Below are positions 1 to 13,089 of a stretch of DNA of 64,000 nt, piece after piece. The notes below the pieces were generated by a model that was not told where the DNA came from, did no database searches, and saw nothing but the letters and a program-made list of their open reading frames with translations. Where the stretch lies: the NCBI GenBank assembly GCA_964016885.1, contig OZ024755.1, positions 2,046,001-2,110,000 of the forward strand. Reading direction: 5' to 3'. How positions within the stretch are numbered: the stretch's first letter is position 1; each line of letters opens with the position of its first letter. Position numbers and translations under genes: made by a program. Source of the DNA: Eledone cirrhosa. Its lineage: Eukaryota.

Positions 1-1262
1 CACCCTGATGTCATACTACTACTGTCTTAGAGTCACCCCACCCTGATGTCATACTACTACTGTCTTAGAGTCACCCCACCCTGATGTCATACTACTACTG
101 TCTTAGAGTCACCCCACCCTGATGTCATACTACTACTGTCTTAGAGTCACCCCACCCTGATGTCATACTACTTCTGTCTTAGAGTCACCCCACCCTGATG
201 TCATACTACTACTGTCTTAGAGTCACCCCACCCTGATGTCATACTACTACTGTCTTAGAGTCACCCCACCCTGATGTCATACTACTTCTGTCTTAGAGTC
301 ACCCCACCCTGATGTCATACTACTTCTGTCTTAGAGTCACCCCACCCTGATGTCATACTACTTCTGTCTTAGAGTCACCCCACCCTGATGTCATACTACT
401 ACTGTCTTAGAGTCACCCCACCCTGATGTCATACTACTTCTGTCTTAGAGTCACCCCACCCTGATGTCATACTACTTCTGTCTTAGAGTCACCCCACCCT
501 GATGTCATACTACTTCTGTCTTAGAGTCACCCCACCCTGATGTCATACTACTTCTGTCTTAGAGTCACCCCACCCTGATGTCATACTACTTCTGTCTTAG
601 AGTCACCCCACCCTGATGTCATACTACTTCTGTCTTAGAGTCACCCCACCCTGATGTCATACTACTTCTGTCTTAGAGTCACCCCACCCTGATGTCATAC
701 TACTTCTGTCTTAGAGTCACCCCACCCTGATGTCATACTACTACTGTCTTAGAGTCACCCCACCCTGATGTCATACTACTTCTGTCTTAGAGTCACCCCA
801 CCCTGATGTCATACTACTTCTGTCTTAGAGTCACCCCACCCTGATGTCATACTACTACTGTCTTAGAGTCACCCCACCCTGATGTCATACTACTTCTGTC
901 TTAGAGTCACCCCACCCTGATGTCATACTACTTCTGTCTTAGAGTCACCCCACCCTGATGTCATACTACTACTGTCTTAGAGTCACCCCACCCTGATGTC
1001 ATACTACTACTGTCTTAGAGTCACCCCACCCTGATGTCATACTACTACTGTCTTGGAGTCACCCCACCCTGATGTCATACTACTACTGTCTTAGAGTCAC
1101 CCCACCCTGATGTCATACTACTTCTGTCTTAGAGTCACCCCACCCTGATGTCATACTACTTCTGTCTTAGAGTCACCCCACCCTGATGTCATACTACTTC
1201 TGTCTTAGAGTCACCCCACCCTGATGTCATACTACTACTGTCTTAGAGTCACCCCACCCTGA
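1..1262. repeat. 39-bp minisatellite, ~32 copies (runs off window start)
   Basis: Unit CACCCTGATGTCATACTACT(A/T)CTGTCTTAGAGTCACCCC repeated head-to-tail with essentially one variable site. Confidence 0.97.
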
Positions 1263-1559
1263 CAGAAAGACAACACACCCACCTCAGAATTAGTTTAGAT
1301 ATAGGGAGGACATTGAGATGGAAAATGGAATTCTTTAGCAATATGTAAGTTTGGAAAGTCTAGTTATCTAATGCGAAGATAACAGGTAGAACAGTAAGTT
1401 AAAGGATAACTAGCAGCAACATTGTATGTCTAAATAGCCATTTAGTGAGGAGGGGGGAGAGTGTGTAAGAGAGAGAGAGAGCATAAAAGTTGTGTGTGTG
1501 TGTGTATATATATATATACACACACACAGATATATATTCAGTAAAGAACTCCCATATAT

Positions 1560-1594
<35 letters not shown>

Positions 1595-2362
1595 CATATA
1601 TGAAACTGTTCACATATGTCTACAGTTTTTACGAATTTACACGTACATAATATATTTTATTTTGTTAGTCTCTAGGAAAAATACACACATTTATACATAC
1701 ATTCAACACATATACATACATTTATACTCACACATATATATATACACATCCAACACATATTCACATATATATATACACATTTATATATACATTTAACACA
1801 TATATATAGATACACATCCAACACATATATACACACATTCAACACATATATACATTCAACATATATATATATACATTAGCTCTCCATTTATCTGTCTTTA
1901 AGGTAAAAACCAAAATGTAAGAACTAGAACAATTTGCCAAAATAGTCTCACTGTAGCAGAATGGTTGGAACAATGGAGAAGAAAAGTTAAAAAATAAACC
2001 AAAGTAAAGAATACCTTTACTATAACTATATGGAGAAGGAAGGAAAGGAATTGGTGCCAAAATTATATATATATATATGTGTGTATGTGTGTATATATAT
2101 ATATGTGTGTATGTATATGTGTGTGTGTATGTATATGTGTGTGTGTATGTATATGTGTATGTGTATATATATGTGTGTGTGTGTATATATATATGTGTGT
2201 GTGTGTATATACATAGATGTGTGTGTGTATATATATATATATATCTATGTGTGTATATATATATATATCTATGTGTGTATATATATATATATATATATAC
2301 ACATATATGTGTGTGTGCATATATACATAGATGTGTGTATATATATATATCTTATATATCTA

Positions 2363-2439
<77 letters not shown>

Positions 2440-2777
2440 GTGTGTGTGCATATATACATAGATGTGTGTGTATATATATCTTATATATCTATGTGTGTGT
2501 ATATATATATATCTATGTGTGTATATATATATATACACATATATGTGTGTGTATATATTGATTATGCCACTCCAACATTAGGTAGACTAGTCATATAAGA
2601 CAGATGTGAAGATGTAAGAATGTCGACTAATATTTCTATTTTCAGAGATTGTCCTACATAAATATGTCTCATATCTAGTTGACTCCCTCTAGGGACACCG
2701 TGTCCCCAATAGAAGATCGACTAGATTTAAATCATCGATATATATCAATGATAATCATTGAAAACTCTCTCTCTGTC

Positions 2778-2815
<38 letters not shown>

Positions 2816-2816
<1 letters not shown>

Positions 2817-3051
2817 CCAAAGATTAATATGGTTCATTGATTACTCAATGAATATAGTTTTACAATAGATTAAAAGCACTCTACTGCCAATGCTGGAATT
2901 GAACCATCAAGACCGTTGAGATATGTCATACATCAATTCATGTATTTTATCTGACGAGGACGTACTGAAAAAACAGCACAGTACCTTCGAAATATATATA
3001 ATAAAACATATATTTTGATTATGTGAATGTCTTCATTTATTAATATTTTTG

Positions 3052-3058
<7 letters not shown>
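2816..3058 (+). mobile_element. Family B hammerhead-bearing Penelope-like/retrozyme-like fragment between two (TA)n tracts
   Basis: Homologous to 47336-47668 and 51636-51958. 2816-2881 is an inverted copy of the family 3' end; hammerhead at 2944-3007. Confidence 0.7.
2944..3007 (+). ncRNA. Type I hammerhead ribozyme (family B)
   Basis: UUUUAU-CUGACGA-GGAcGUACUG..CAGUACcUUC-GAAA-UAUAUA-UA-AUAAAA: stems I and II pair, palindromic stem III, intact core. Confidence 0.75.
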
Positions 3059-3130
<72 letters not shown>

Positions 3131-3231
3131 TATTGGCTGACTGAATATACATGTGTTTTTTTCCTTCCCCATTTTTCTCTATTTTTTTACCGTTCCTCCC
3201 TCTTAACACCGCACCACCACTACCTCTTTAC

Positions 3232-3470
3232 TGAGTGTACTGGGAGCATTTTATCACGGCACCAGCACTTCCCCTTCTCAGAGTAGGTTGGTTACATTTT
3301 ATCATGGTACAAGCGTTACAGAGTGTATTGGTTACATTTTATTATAGTACCAGCACTACAGAGTGTATCAGAGTGTTCTGGTTACATTTTATCATGGCAC
3401 CAGCACTACAGACTGTATCAGAGTGTTCTGGTTACATTTTATTATAGTACCAGCACCACAGACTGTATCA
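3232..3470. repeat. Degenerate ~40-50 bp tandem repeat, ~5 copies
   Basis: Recurrent GGTTACATTTTAT(C/T)AT(G/A)G(T/C)ACCAGCACTACAGA. Confidence 0.8.
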
Positions 3471-3472
3471 CA

Positions 3473-3660
3473 GTGATTGGCAGTATCGGTAGAGGGTCGG
3501 ACACCATGCTTTGACGCATAGAGTTACGGCCCTTTCCATTCTGAGTTCAAATCCCGTCGAGGTTAACTTTGCCTTTCATCCTTACGGGGTCGATAAAATA
3601 AAGTACCAGTAATGTACTGGGGTAATTGCTGGCCTTGTGCCAAAAGTAGAAACAATTATT
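3473..3660 (+). mobile_element. tRNA-derived SINE (family S1)
   Basis: A-box-like TGGCAGTATCGGTAGA, B-box GAGTTCAAATCCC, body GCCTTTCATCCTTACGGGGTCGATAAAATAAAGTACCAG, ATT tail; ~10 copies in window. Confidence 0.9.
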
Positions 3661-3811
3661 ATCATTGTATGTATGTTTATTTTGTATTTCACTCTTGAAT
3701 TGTTTCAATGTATTAAAATAACAACTCTTTCAATGTTTTAGAAATAACATTGTTACGTTTTTCTAAATATTCTGTCATAATTTTTAATTAACTTTTCATA
3801 ACAGGTCTCGT

Positions 3812-4024
3812 AAAAAATATATATAAAAATAATATATATAAAAATATTATATATAAAAATAATATATATAAAAATATTATATATAAAAATATTATATATA
3901 AAAATATTATATATAAAAATATTATATATAAAAATATTATATATAAAAATAATATATATAAAAATATTATATATAAAAATATTATATATAAAAATATTAT
4001 ATATAAAAATATTATATATAAAAA
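3812..4024. repeat. 15-bp AT-only tandem repeat, ~14 copies
   Basis: (AAAAATA(T/A)TATATAT)n. Confidence 0.9.
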
Positions 4025-4134
4025 TGATCTTATTTTTGACAGCTCAAATATCTAAATACTTACATACCATTTTGGTGAGTGTATATAGTATAAGATTGCT
4101 TCATGAAACTATCATTTCTGATGATACTTGTTTT

Positions 4135-4328
4135 ATATACACCCTCCATGTAGACTATATCCTCTATATACCCTGACCATGTAGACAACTATATCTCTAT
4201 ATACACTCACCATGTAGACTATACCCTCTATATACACTCACCATGTAGACTATACCCTCTATATACACTCAACATGTAGCCTATATCTCTATATACACCC
4301 ACCGTGTAGACATATCTCTATATACACC
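4135..4328. repeat. ~31-bp minisatellite, ~6 copies
   Basis: TATACACTCACCATGTAGACTATACCCTCTA variants. Confidence 0.85.
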
Positions 4329-4867
4329 AAGTCAGCTATAGTTATCAATATATTGTTAACAGAAAGTTGTTCAGTAGATACGGTACTAAAACAATTCCAA
4401 TATATGCATGAAGAGTTCCTGTCATTTGCAGACATTTTGAAGGAGTCATTGGACAGGTGAGGTTTTACCTTTCCATGCCTCTGTCCCCACCCCTGCCTGA
4501 TGGGAATATATAGTCTTTTGGTAAGATTACCTGGAGTAGGTTTATTTCTATTATCTTCAGTAGACCAAGTAAAGATCTATTCTTTCTCGAAATTAATCAA
4601 ACTCTGACTGAAAGCCAAACATCTGCTCTAATAATATATCTACTAAATGAGATTAATTTAATTGCATATTTTAAGAGACCTGTAATTAACAAATAATTAA
4701 TTAACAATTAGTCGTGTCATCAGAAGTCAACTAATCAACGGTCAATGTTTCTTAATGACTCTGAAACTTATGGAAGGCTGATTTGTTAAAAAGTTATGGA
4801 TTGTTAATTTGGTAGAAAACTAGAAATGACTGATTTTACAGATTACTAAAGCAGTGTTTGAAGGTAG

Positions 4868-5791
4868 CACTGGTGTTGTACTGTATAGAGCAGTGTACTG
4901 TATAGAGTAGTTTAGAGTCTGTCACTGGTGTTGTACTGTATAGAGTAGTGTTTGTCAGTAGCAGTTGAGAGTCTGTCACTGATGTTGTACTGTGTAGAGC
5001 AGTGTTTGTCAGTAGCAGTTGAGAGTCTGTCACTGGTGTTGTACTGTGTAGAGCAGTGTTTGTCAGTAGCAGTTGAGAGTCTGTCACTGGTGTTGTACTG
5101 TATAGAGTAGTGTTTGTCAGTAGCAGTTGAGAGTCTGTCACTGGTGTTGTACTGTATAGAGTAGTGTTTGTCAGTATCAGTTGAGAGTCTGTCACTGGTG
5201 TTGTACTGTGTAGAGCAGTGTTTGTCAGTAGCAGTTGAGAGTCTGTCACTGGTGTTGTACTGTGTAGAGCAGTGTTTGTCAGTATCAGTTGAGAGTCTGT
5301 CACTGGTGTTGTACTGTATAGAGTAGTGTTTGTCAGTAGCAGTTGAGAGTCTGTCACTGGTGTTGTACTGTGTAGAGCAGTGTTTGTCAGTAGCAGTTGA
5401 GAGTCTGTCACTGGTGTTGTACTGTATAGAGCAGTGTTTGTCAGTATCAGTTGAGAGTCTGTCACTGATGTTGTACTGTATAGAGTAGTGTTTGTCAGTA
5501 GCAGTTGAGAGTCTGTCACTGATGTTGTACTGTATAGAGTAGTGTTTGTCAGTATCAGTTGAGAGTCTGTCACTGATGTTGTACTGTATAGAGTAGTGTT
5601 TGTCAGTAGCAGTTGAGAGTCTGTCACTGGTGTTGTACTGTGTAGAGCAGTGTTTGTCAGTAGCAGTTGAGAGTCTGTCACTGATGTTGTACTGTATAGA
5701 GTAGTGTTTGTCAGTAGCAGTTGAGAGTCTGTCACTGGTGTTGTACTGTGTAGAGCAGTGTTTGTCAGTAGCAGTTGAGAGTCTGTCACTA
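4868..5791. repeat. 54-bp minisatellite, ~17 copies
   Basis: GTCACTGGTGTTGTACTGTATAGAGTAGTGTTTGTCAGTAGCAGTTGAGAGTCT; source of the 18-aa repeat ORFs. Confidence 0.96.
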
Positions 5792-7939
5792 CCACCCACA
5801 AACACTGCTGTACACAGTACAATACAGGGGAAGTAGAACCTCTGCAATAAGTGGTGTGAATCTGAGAGGGGGAATATATTGAATAAAATCATAATTAACT
5901 GATCGAGAGTGTTTGCTGTAAATCACCAAACAACACTAAGGAACTTGTCAAGTCGTTAACACAACTGTCAAAGCATAACTGACTTTTCATAAAAGTATTG
6001 TAGCAGGAGGGAGGCAGGGAAGGAGCTGTCCCTTGGTTGTCGTATATTACTGGTATTAATTATAACAATGCCAGAAAGACAAAGTCAAGCATAATGGAAG
6101 TTAGAACATAGAAAAACAACTCTAAGTATTACAACATATTTTCTGTCTGCCTGGCACTACTCTATCACTTCTGCAATCTTACATTTATTTTAAGCTGACC
6201 ATTTCCAGTTCTTCCTCCAAAAACTGTTTCCTTACTTTTTCTGTTTATTCTTTTTTCATCTTTTGGTTATTTTTTTTTTCATGAAATAATTCTACCAAGT
6301 GTTTACTTTTAAACCCCATCATTTGTTGTCATCGCAGTCTCTCCCTCCTCCACTGTCTAACCATAACATGTTCCTACACCACCACCACCTCCTCCACCAC
6401 CACTGCTGCCACCTACATCATTTTCTACCCTTTGTTAGTCCATTATTATAGTATTAAAAAGGAACCAATTGTTTGGCAGCAGAATTGAATTCTTCATTTC
6501 CACCATCTTCTACATCAACAACTGCAACTACAACTACAACTACTACTGCTAATACTACTACTGCTACTACTATTACTACTACTACTACTAATAATAATAC
6601 TACTAATACTACTACTACTACTGCTGCTACTACTACTACAACAACAACTACAACTACTACTACTGTATTGTAGCTTCTATCTACTCTGATTAAACAAGTG
6701 AAACAAAATAATAATAGTAAAGAAAAAGTATCTACTAATATAAAGGAAAAGTAACAACAACAACAACAACAACAACAGTAACAACAACAACAACAACAAC
6801 AGTAACAACAACAACAACAATGATAAACAATAACAATGATAATCAAAGCTAAACAAGTGGAAAAAAATTTAAAGAAAACATTTTTTTCTTGGAATTGAGA
6901 TTAATTTTCTGCTTAAACAATTTTGTATGTGTGTGTGTATGTAATTATGTATGTGTGTGTGTATGTAATTATGTATGTGTGTGTGTATGTAATTATGTGT
7001 ATGTCGTATATATATATGTGAATGTGTTGGCCTGTGTGTATGTAATTATGTGGGTGTATCAGCTTGTGTGTGTGCATATGTGTGAATGAGCCAGCCTGTG
7101 TGTATATAGTTATGTATGTATGTGAGTGTGTAGGATTGTACAAATGCCATTATATGTGTGTGTGTGTGTGAATATATATGTGTGTCTGTTGGTCTGTGTG
7201 TATGTAATTGTGTGTGTAAGTATATATATTTATGTTGGTCTGTGTGTATGTAATTATGCAAGTGTGAGCATGTGTGTGCGTGAATGTGTTGACCAGCATG
7301 TATGTAATTCTATGTGTGAGTTAGTTTATGTGTAAGTGAGTGTATATGAGTGTATTGGTCTGTATATATGTAATTATGTGTGTGTGTGAACATTAGATTG
7401 TGTATATGTGTGTGTGTGAGTGTGTTGACCAGCCTGTATGTAATTATGTATGTGTGAAAGTAAAGAGATAGTAGTGATGAGGTGGAGAACAACACCACTA
7501 ACAACAACAACACCAGTAACAACACCACTAACAACACCAGTAACACCACCACTAACAACACCACTAACAACAACAACAACAACACCACTAACCACAACAC
7601 CAGTAACAACAACAACAACAACACCAGTAACAACAACTACAACAAAGAAAGGCCCCACTAAATACAACTAATATTTCCAAGATTAAATTGGTCATTTCTT
7701 GAAGGTGATTAGAAGATAAATATTTATTTATACCTTACATTATCATCAGTAGTAGTAGTGGTAGTAGTGGTGGTGGTGGTGGTAGTAGTAGTAGGGTGAT
7801 GGTGATGATAATGACGGTGATGATGATGGTGATAGTGATGGTGATGATGATGGTGGTGATGATGATAATGATAATGATAATGATGATGATAGTGATGGTT
7901 AACTTGGAGCTAAAACTAAACAATAAAAAATAAACATAC

Positions 7940-8078
7940 TTTGACTGTTTTTTGCGCAAGTTTCCTGATCTGCACTTGAGATGGTGAGTGACTGGTGATG
8001 GCCGAGCAGTTTTGTCCAGTATAGGGCAACCAACGGAGGTCTTGGTCAGCTTCTTTACACTCGGCTCGTAGAGAGCAT
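7940..8078 (-). CDS. Internal exon of a plexin-family gene (C-terminal half of the first PSI domain)
   Basis: Minus strand: polypyrimidine acceptor TTATTTCTTTCTTCTTCAG, donor GTATGT, 139 nt (phase 2 to 0), open frame CSLRAECKEADQDLRWLPYTGQNCSAITSHSPSQVQIRKLAQKTVK. This matches, from memory, the CSxRxxC...LxW..Y....C..ITS..P motif following CGWC in invertebrate plexins. Confidence 0.78.
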
Positions 8079-8130
8079 CTGAAGAAGAAAGAAATAAGGA
8101 TTAGAATAACAACAACAACAAATGAGGTTG

Positions 8131-8324
8131 ATAATAATTTTCTACTTTTGGCACAAGGCCAGCAATTACCCCAGTGTATTACTGGTACTTTATTTTAGCA
8201 ACCTCATGAGGATGAAAAGCAAAGTTAACCTCAGCGGGATTTGAACTCAGACCGTAAAGGGCCGTAACTTTATGCTGCAAAGCATGGTGTCCAGCCCTCT
8301 ACCGATACTGCCAATCCACCTCCC
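8131..8324 (-). mobile_element. tRNA-derived SINE (S1)
   Basis: Reverse complement of 3473-3660. Confidence 0.9.
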
Positions 8325-8543
8325 AATACTAACAATAACAACTATAACAAATGATGTTTATAATACTAACAACAGTAACAACAACAGCAATAATCTTTTT
8401 TGTTTTTGTAAATAAAATAATAGTATGATTTGAACTTAAAATATAGAAAAGGTAAAGGACTCTTAACTCCTGAAAGAGTTGGGGGGGGGGGGGGGGATGC
8501 TGTCTCGAACATTTAAAACCCAATGGAGCCCATTCCCTGGTGG

Positions 8544-8725
8544 TAAGGTATTGTTCTCAAAATAAATAACATCAAAATCTCATAGATTCAATATTATGTG
8601 AGATAAAACCTTTACCATGAAAATACAATAGTATATATAGAGTAATGTAAATGTTATGTGAGGTAAAGCCTTTAATGTGAAAATACAATAGTATATATAG
8701 AGTAATGTAAACGGTAAAGGGTTAA
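8544..8725 (+). mobile_element. Partial TTAA/piggyBac-type MITE with internal duplication
   Basis: Matches 3' part of 54686-54899 and 59972-60386; ends GTAAAGGGTTAA. Confidence 0.7.
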
Positions 8726-9134
8726 AATTAAAATGTAAGAAAGATGAGAAGAAATGTTTCCAACATTTAGTCTGATGTTTCTGCTAAGTGATGACTGGCA
8801 AAGACAATATTAATGATGATTTTTTACAAAGGTTGGCCCATGGTGAGAGAGAGAGAGAGAGATATTATCAATAGTTCAATATTTGGTAGTTATTGTGTTG
8901 ACCAGGGAGAGTTGTAGTGGAAAGCAAACTAAGTACTGTCGGGAATTTAGTTTGGCACCAACTACCATTTCTGTCAGTTCAATACTTAGCAAAGTTAAAT
9001 ACTAGTCCTGATTTCTTTACATTGGCTCAAAGCCACTCATTCGTAGTGGAAGGGTACAGTTGAGTGACTAAACCTCAGCATATTACTGGGGTTTATTTTA
9101 AATGAGGTCAATTGTGGAGCTTAATTCCAATAGA

Positions 9135-9283
9135 AGATCTTTAATATACACATACCTATCTCAGATCTTTAATATACACACACCTGCCTCAGATCTTTAA
9201 TATACACACACCTGCCTCAGATCTTTAATATACACACACCTGTCTCAGATCTTTAATATACACACACCTCTCTCAGATCTTTA
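9135..9283. repeat. 28-bp tandem repeat, ~5 copies
   Basis: AGATCTTTAATATACACACACCTGCCTC. Confidence 0.9.
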
Positions 9284-9369
9284 AGAAAAAAAGCACTAGA
9301 GGTTCTGATATTCACACTTTTCCTGGGGATATTTTTTAATCTGTCAAAATAGGGCAAGGAATGTCCTTT

Positions 9370-9640
9370 GCCCAGTTAATCCTGAGAAGGTCATGAGGGA
9401 AGAGTCCTCAGACATGGCTACAAAATGGTCCTATCAGATGCAATCATTGCTATATAATCTGGCTGGATCTCCAAGTAAGACCAACTGAGCTTATGGATGT
9501 CATTCAAACCCCATGTCCAGGGTCTAACTTTCGGTCTCCTGCCTGTTGGCTTGGCCCAGAAAATCTCTTCAGTGATTTCTTTTTGCGAAGAAGTAGCGGC
9601 TCTATCTGGAGTGACTCCCTGATCTCTGAGCTATACATCC
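9370..9640 (-). mobile_element. Decayed RTE (Expander-like) LINE ORF2 C-terminus
   Basis: Minus translation SSEIRESLQIEPLLLR...WAKPTGRRPKVRPWTW...LSWSYLEIQPDYIAMIASDR with stops and deletion. Confidence 0.75.
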
Positions 9641-10084
9641 AATTAAGTAATGTTACTTCAAAGAAACTTGTATTTTATATCATATTTTTTCAAGAAATTA
9701 CCCAAGGTAAGGGAAGGCACGAACATGCCAAAAACTTGTTGCTCCATGTCAGAAAATGCCACATTAACAATAAAAATAAGTTGGTTCCAACAACCAACAT
9801 CTCTCACTTTGATTATCTTTCTATTCTGTGAGAGTAAAAAAAGAGAAACCCTTTCTTTTCACCTCTTTTGAAACCTAATAAAAGCTTTTTAAAGTCTTAG
9901 AAGAAGGAAATCCAAACAATAGCCCTGCCAGGGACATAAGTGAATCTAAACAGCCAGATTTTAAAACAAATGATAAAAGAATATGGATAACTTACTGAAG
10001 ATACGAAAAGAGAGATAAAGAATAAATGGCTTTTTTTTTTTTACCAAAGCCAGAAAGAATTTTTTGTGATTTATTACTCATGCA

Positions 10085-10508
10085 ATCTGCAGTAGGGCTA
10101 CCAGATGCCACAAACCATTGTCTTTTGTCTGCAGTAGGGCTACCAGATGCCACAAACCCATTGTCTTTTGTCTGCAGTAGGGCTACCAGATGCCACAAAC
10201 CATTGTCTTTTGTCTGCAGCAGGGCTACCAGATGCCACAAACCCATTGTCTTTTGTCTGCAGTAGGGCTACCAGATGCCACAAACCATTGTCTTTTGTCT
10301 GCAGTAGGGCTACCAGATGCCACAAACCATTGTCTTTTGTCTGCAGTAGGGCTACCAAATGCCACAAACCATTGTCTTTTGTCTGCAGTAGGGCTACCAG
10401 ATGCCACAAACCATTGTCTTTTGTCTGCAGCAGGGCTACCAGATGCCACAAACCCATTGTCTTTTGTCTGCAGTAGGGCTACCAGATGCCACAAACCCAT
10501 TGTCTTTT
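10085..10508. repeat. 42/43-bp minisatellite, ~10 copies
   Basis: TCTGCAGTAGGGCTACCAGATGCCACAAAC(C)CATTGTCTTTTG. Confidence 0.95.
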
Positions 10509-10820
10509 GATAACAGCTCTGATAATAAACAGCAAACATTTCCCTATTTTAGTCTCAGAACCACAGGTAAGACTAGAGTCTTCATATTCCTGCTTCAATT
10601 CTTCACACATACTCTCTATATCCATGTATCTACCTATATGTATATATACATATGTATATGTATATGGTTATACTTTGGGAGGGTCATGTTGCCAATAAGA
10701 AACACACGCACCAGTTGCTTTCACTTCAATTTAATTTATTATATATTTATAAATTTACAAATTTATAAATTTCTGGTTGGTTGGTTGGTTCCACAACCAG
10801 GTAGTTGTTTATATATATAT

Positions 10821-10865
10821 AGTCATAGTTCTTTCGTCACACACTCTGTGACCTCTTCAGTGACT
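10821..10865 (-). ncRNA. Type I hammerhead ribozyme (family F, minus arm)
   Basis: AGUCA-CUGAAGA-g-GUCAC(AGAGUGU)GUGAC-GAAA-GAAC-UA-UGACU; perfect 5-bp stems I and II. Confidence 0.8.
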
Positions 10866-10986
10866 GGGGATTTCTTTCTTCGTTTCTGTGCCTTTCCTTT
10901 CTTCTATCTTACGCCATTTTGTTTGTCAAACAAAATGGCGTAGGACAGAAGAAAGGAAAGGCACATAAACGAAGAAAGAAATCCCC

Positions 10987-11031
10987 AGTCACTGAAGAGG
11001 TCACAGAGTGTGTGACGAAAGAACTATGATT
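10987..11031 (+). ncRNA. Type I hammerhead ribozyme (family F, plus arm)
   Basis: Same fold; stem I AGUCA/UGAUU with a G-U pair. Confidence 0.8.
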
Positions 11032-11286
11032 ATATATATATAAACAACTACCTGGTTGTGGAACCAACCAACCAACCAGAAATTTATAAATTTGTAAATT
11101 TATAAATATATAATAAATTAAATTGAAGTGAAAGCAACTGGTGCGTGTGTTTCTTATTGGCAACATGACCCTCCCAAAGTATAACAATATCGGTTTCAAC
11201 ACACGATTTCAGATAAAGAATCTTGCTAAACAAATTCAGAAACGATATATGTATATGTATATATGTATATATATATAATATATACA

Positions 11287-11496
11287 TAACAAAGGAATTG
11301 TAGTAAGGAACCAGATGGACCATAACGCGCCAGAATACTCAATACTTAGGGTAGTAGAGTGGGAAATAGGAAAAAGTATGACTCTGACGTCAGAGCTCAA
11401 GCCGTTTCGACGGCTATTTCTGGATGGCTATTTCTAGTCCAGAAATAGCTGTCGAAACGGCTTGAGCTCTGCTGTCGGGGTCATACTTTTTCCTAT
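11287..11496 (-). mobile_element. Family C fold-back element in (TA)n
   Basis: ~60-bp inverted arms; homologous to 34146-34342, 48087-48317 and 59262-59408. Confidence 0.85.
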
Positions 11497-11500
11497 ATAT

Positions 11501-11534
<34 letters not shown>

Positions 11535-11616
11535 ATTACTCTTTTACACTTTTACCTGTTCCAGCCATGCAGCTGATATATATATATAGAGAGAGATGTA
11601 TGTGTATATATGTGTG

Positions 11617-11652
<36 letters not shown>

Positions 11653-13089
11653 TATATACACATACACACAGAAAATTCTATTCCCATGTGATCAACTTTC
11701 ACTACCAGAATATTCAAATAACCACCACAGTTCCCCAAATGTAGTGAGATGCCTGAGAGGAAAACAGCAATTCTCCATTTAGATTCAGTCTTCTCATCTT
11801 AATGGCTTTGCTTTTTATTTCTTCTTCTTCTTACTCGTGAGATGCAATGGCTGGCCAGTTTAGCACAATTTGCCAAATAGTCCTCGCTCGACCTCTCTCT
11901 CGCTCTTAATTGTCTTCACGCTTTTATATTACTAGTATTATTATTGTTAGTATCAGTATTATTTTATTGTTTCTATCTTTATATATGTATGTGTGTGTAT
12001 ATATGTGTATGTGTGTGTGTGAGTGTGTGTATATATATATATCCATACATATATATATATCCATACATACATACATTATATATATACATACAAACATACA
12101 TATACATACATACATTATATATATCCATACATTATATACATATACATACATATCCATATATATATATATACATACATATCCATACATTATATATATATCC
12201 ATACATATATCCATATATATATATCCACATATATATACATATACATATTTACACACACATATATATATATATACACACACACATGTACATATGCATATAT
12301 ACATAAACACACATATAGACCCATTTCACCACCTGTTACTAACCCTTTAGCTCACCACAAATAGAAAAATGGCTATACTGCCTATGAAAGTAAAAGAAGG
12401 AACAATGTAAAAGAAGAAATGCCATGCATACAAAATAACAACAAAAAAGAAAGAAAAAGCAGCAAGAGAAGAATAAGAGGAAGAGAAGAGAAATGTGAAT
12501 TGTTTGGTCACTGACAGAGCTCTCTAGTCAAAGGAAACTACCATTATGCAATTTTTTCAACAACCTTTCACTTAACCATTGAACTGATTAGTACTTTCTC
12601 TGTTTTAGGGGAACTCTCTCACAGCAGAATCATAAAAACAAGAATAGTCTACTACTACCACTACTACTAACACTACCACCACCACCACCACCACCACCAC
12701 CACCACCACCACCACCACCACCACCACTACTACCACTACCATCACCACAAGCCACCAACACTACCGCTAACACTAACACTACCATCACAAGCCACCACCC
12801 CCAACACCCACCACCACTACCATCACAAGCCACCACCCCCAACACCCACCACCACTACCATCACAAGCCACCACCCCCAACACCCACCACCACTACCACC
12901 ACCACCAACACCCTCCACCACTACCATCACAAGCCACCACCCCCAACACCCACCACCACTACCACCACCACCACCAACACCCTCCACCACTACCATCACA
13001 AGCCACCACCAACACCCTCCACCACTACCATCACAAGCCACCACCACCAACCACCACCACCACTACCATCACAAGCCACCACTACCACA

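Larger units (their letters stand above)
10669..11183. mobile_element. ~515-bp near-perfect palindrome with a hammerhead in each arm (family F; Penelope-like inverted pseudo-LTR)
   Basis: TATACTTTGGGAGGGTCATG... is the reverse complement of ...CATGACCCTCCCAAAGTATA; centre at ~10926 (TTTGTTTG-T-CAAACAAA); only a few mismatches. Confidence 0.85.

Noticed and set aside
1-1262. CRISPR-like appearance of this and other arrays
   Set aside because: No unique spacers, no cas genes, eukaryotic context
3473-3560. tRNA gene
   Set aside because: A/B boxes only; continues into a multi-copy SINE body with no proper cloverleaf
4043-4456. Two plus-strand exon-like segments (4043-4074 AG..GTGAGT; 4363-4456 SCSVDTVLKQFQYMHEEFLSFADILKESLD..GTGAGG)
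   Set aside because: Splice signals are plausible, but joining them gives a stop in every frame and no protein family is recognised; could be non-coding exons
4836-5892. Mucin-like 18-aa repeat ORFs with an upstream acceptor-like site
   Set aside because: Open in two frames, pure minisatellite, and not plexin-like in the phase required after the 7940 donor
11668-11751. Minus-strand exon-like segment after TTTTCCTCTCAG
   Set aside because: Open frame ISLHLGNCGGYLNILVVK lacks the CGWC motif expected of the preceding plexin exon; donor lies in a microsatellite
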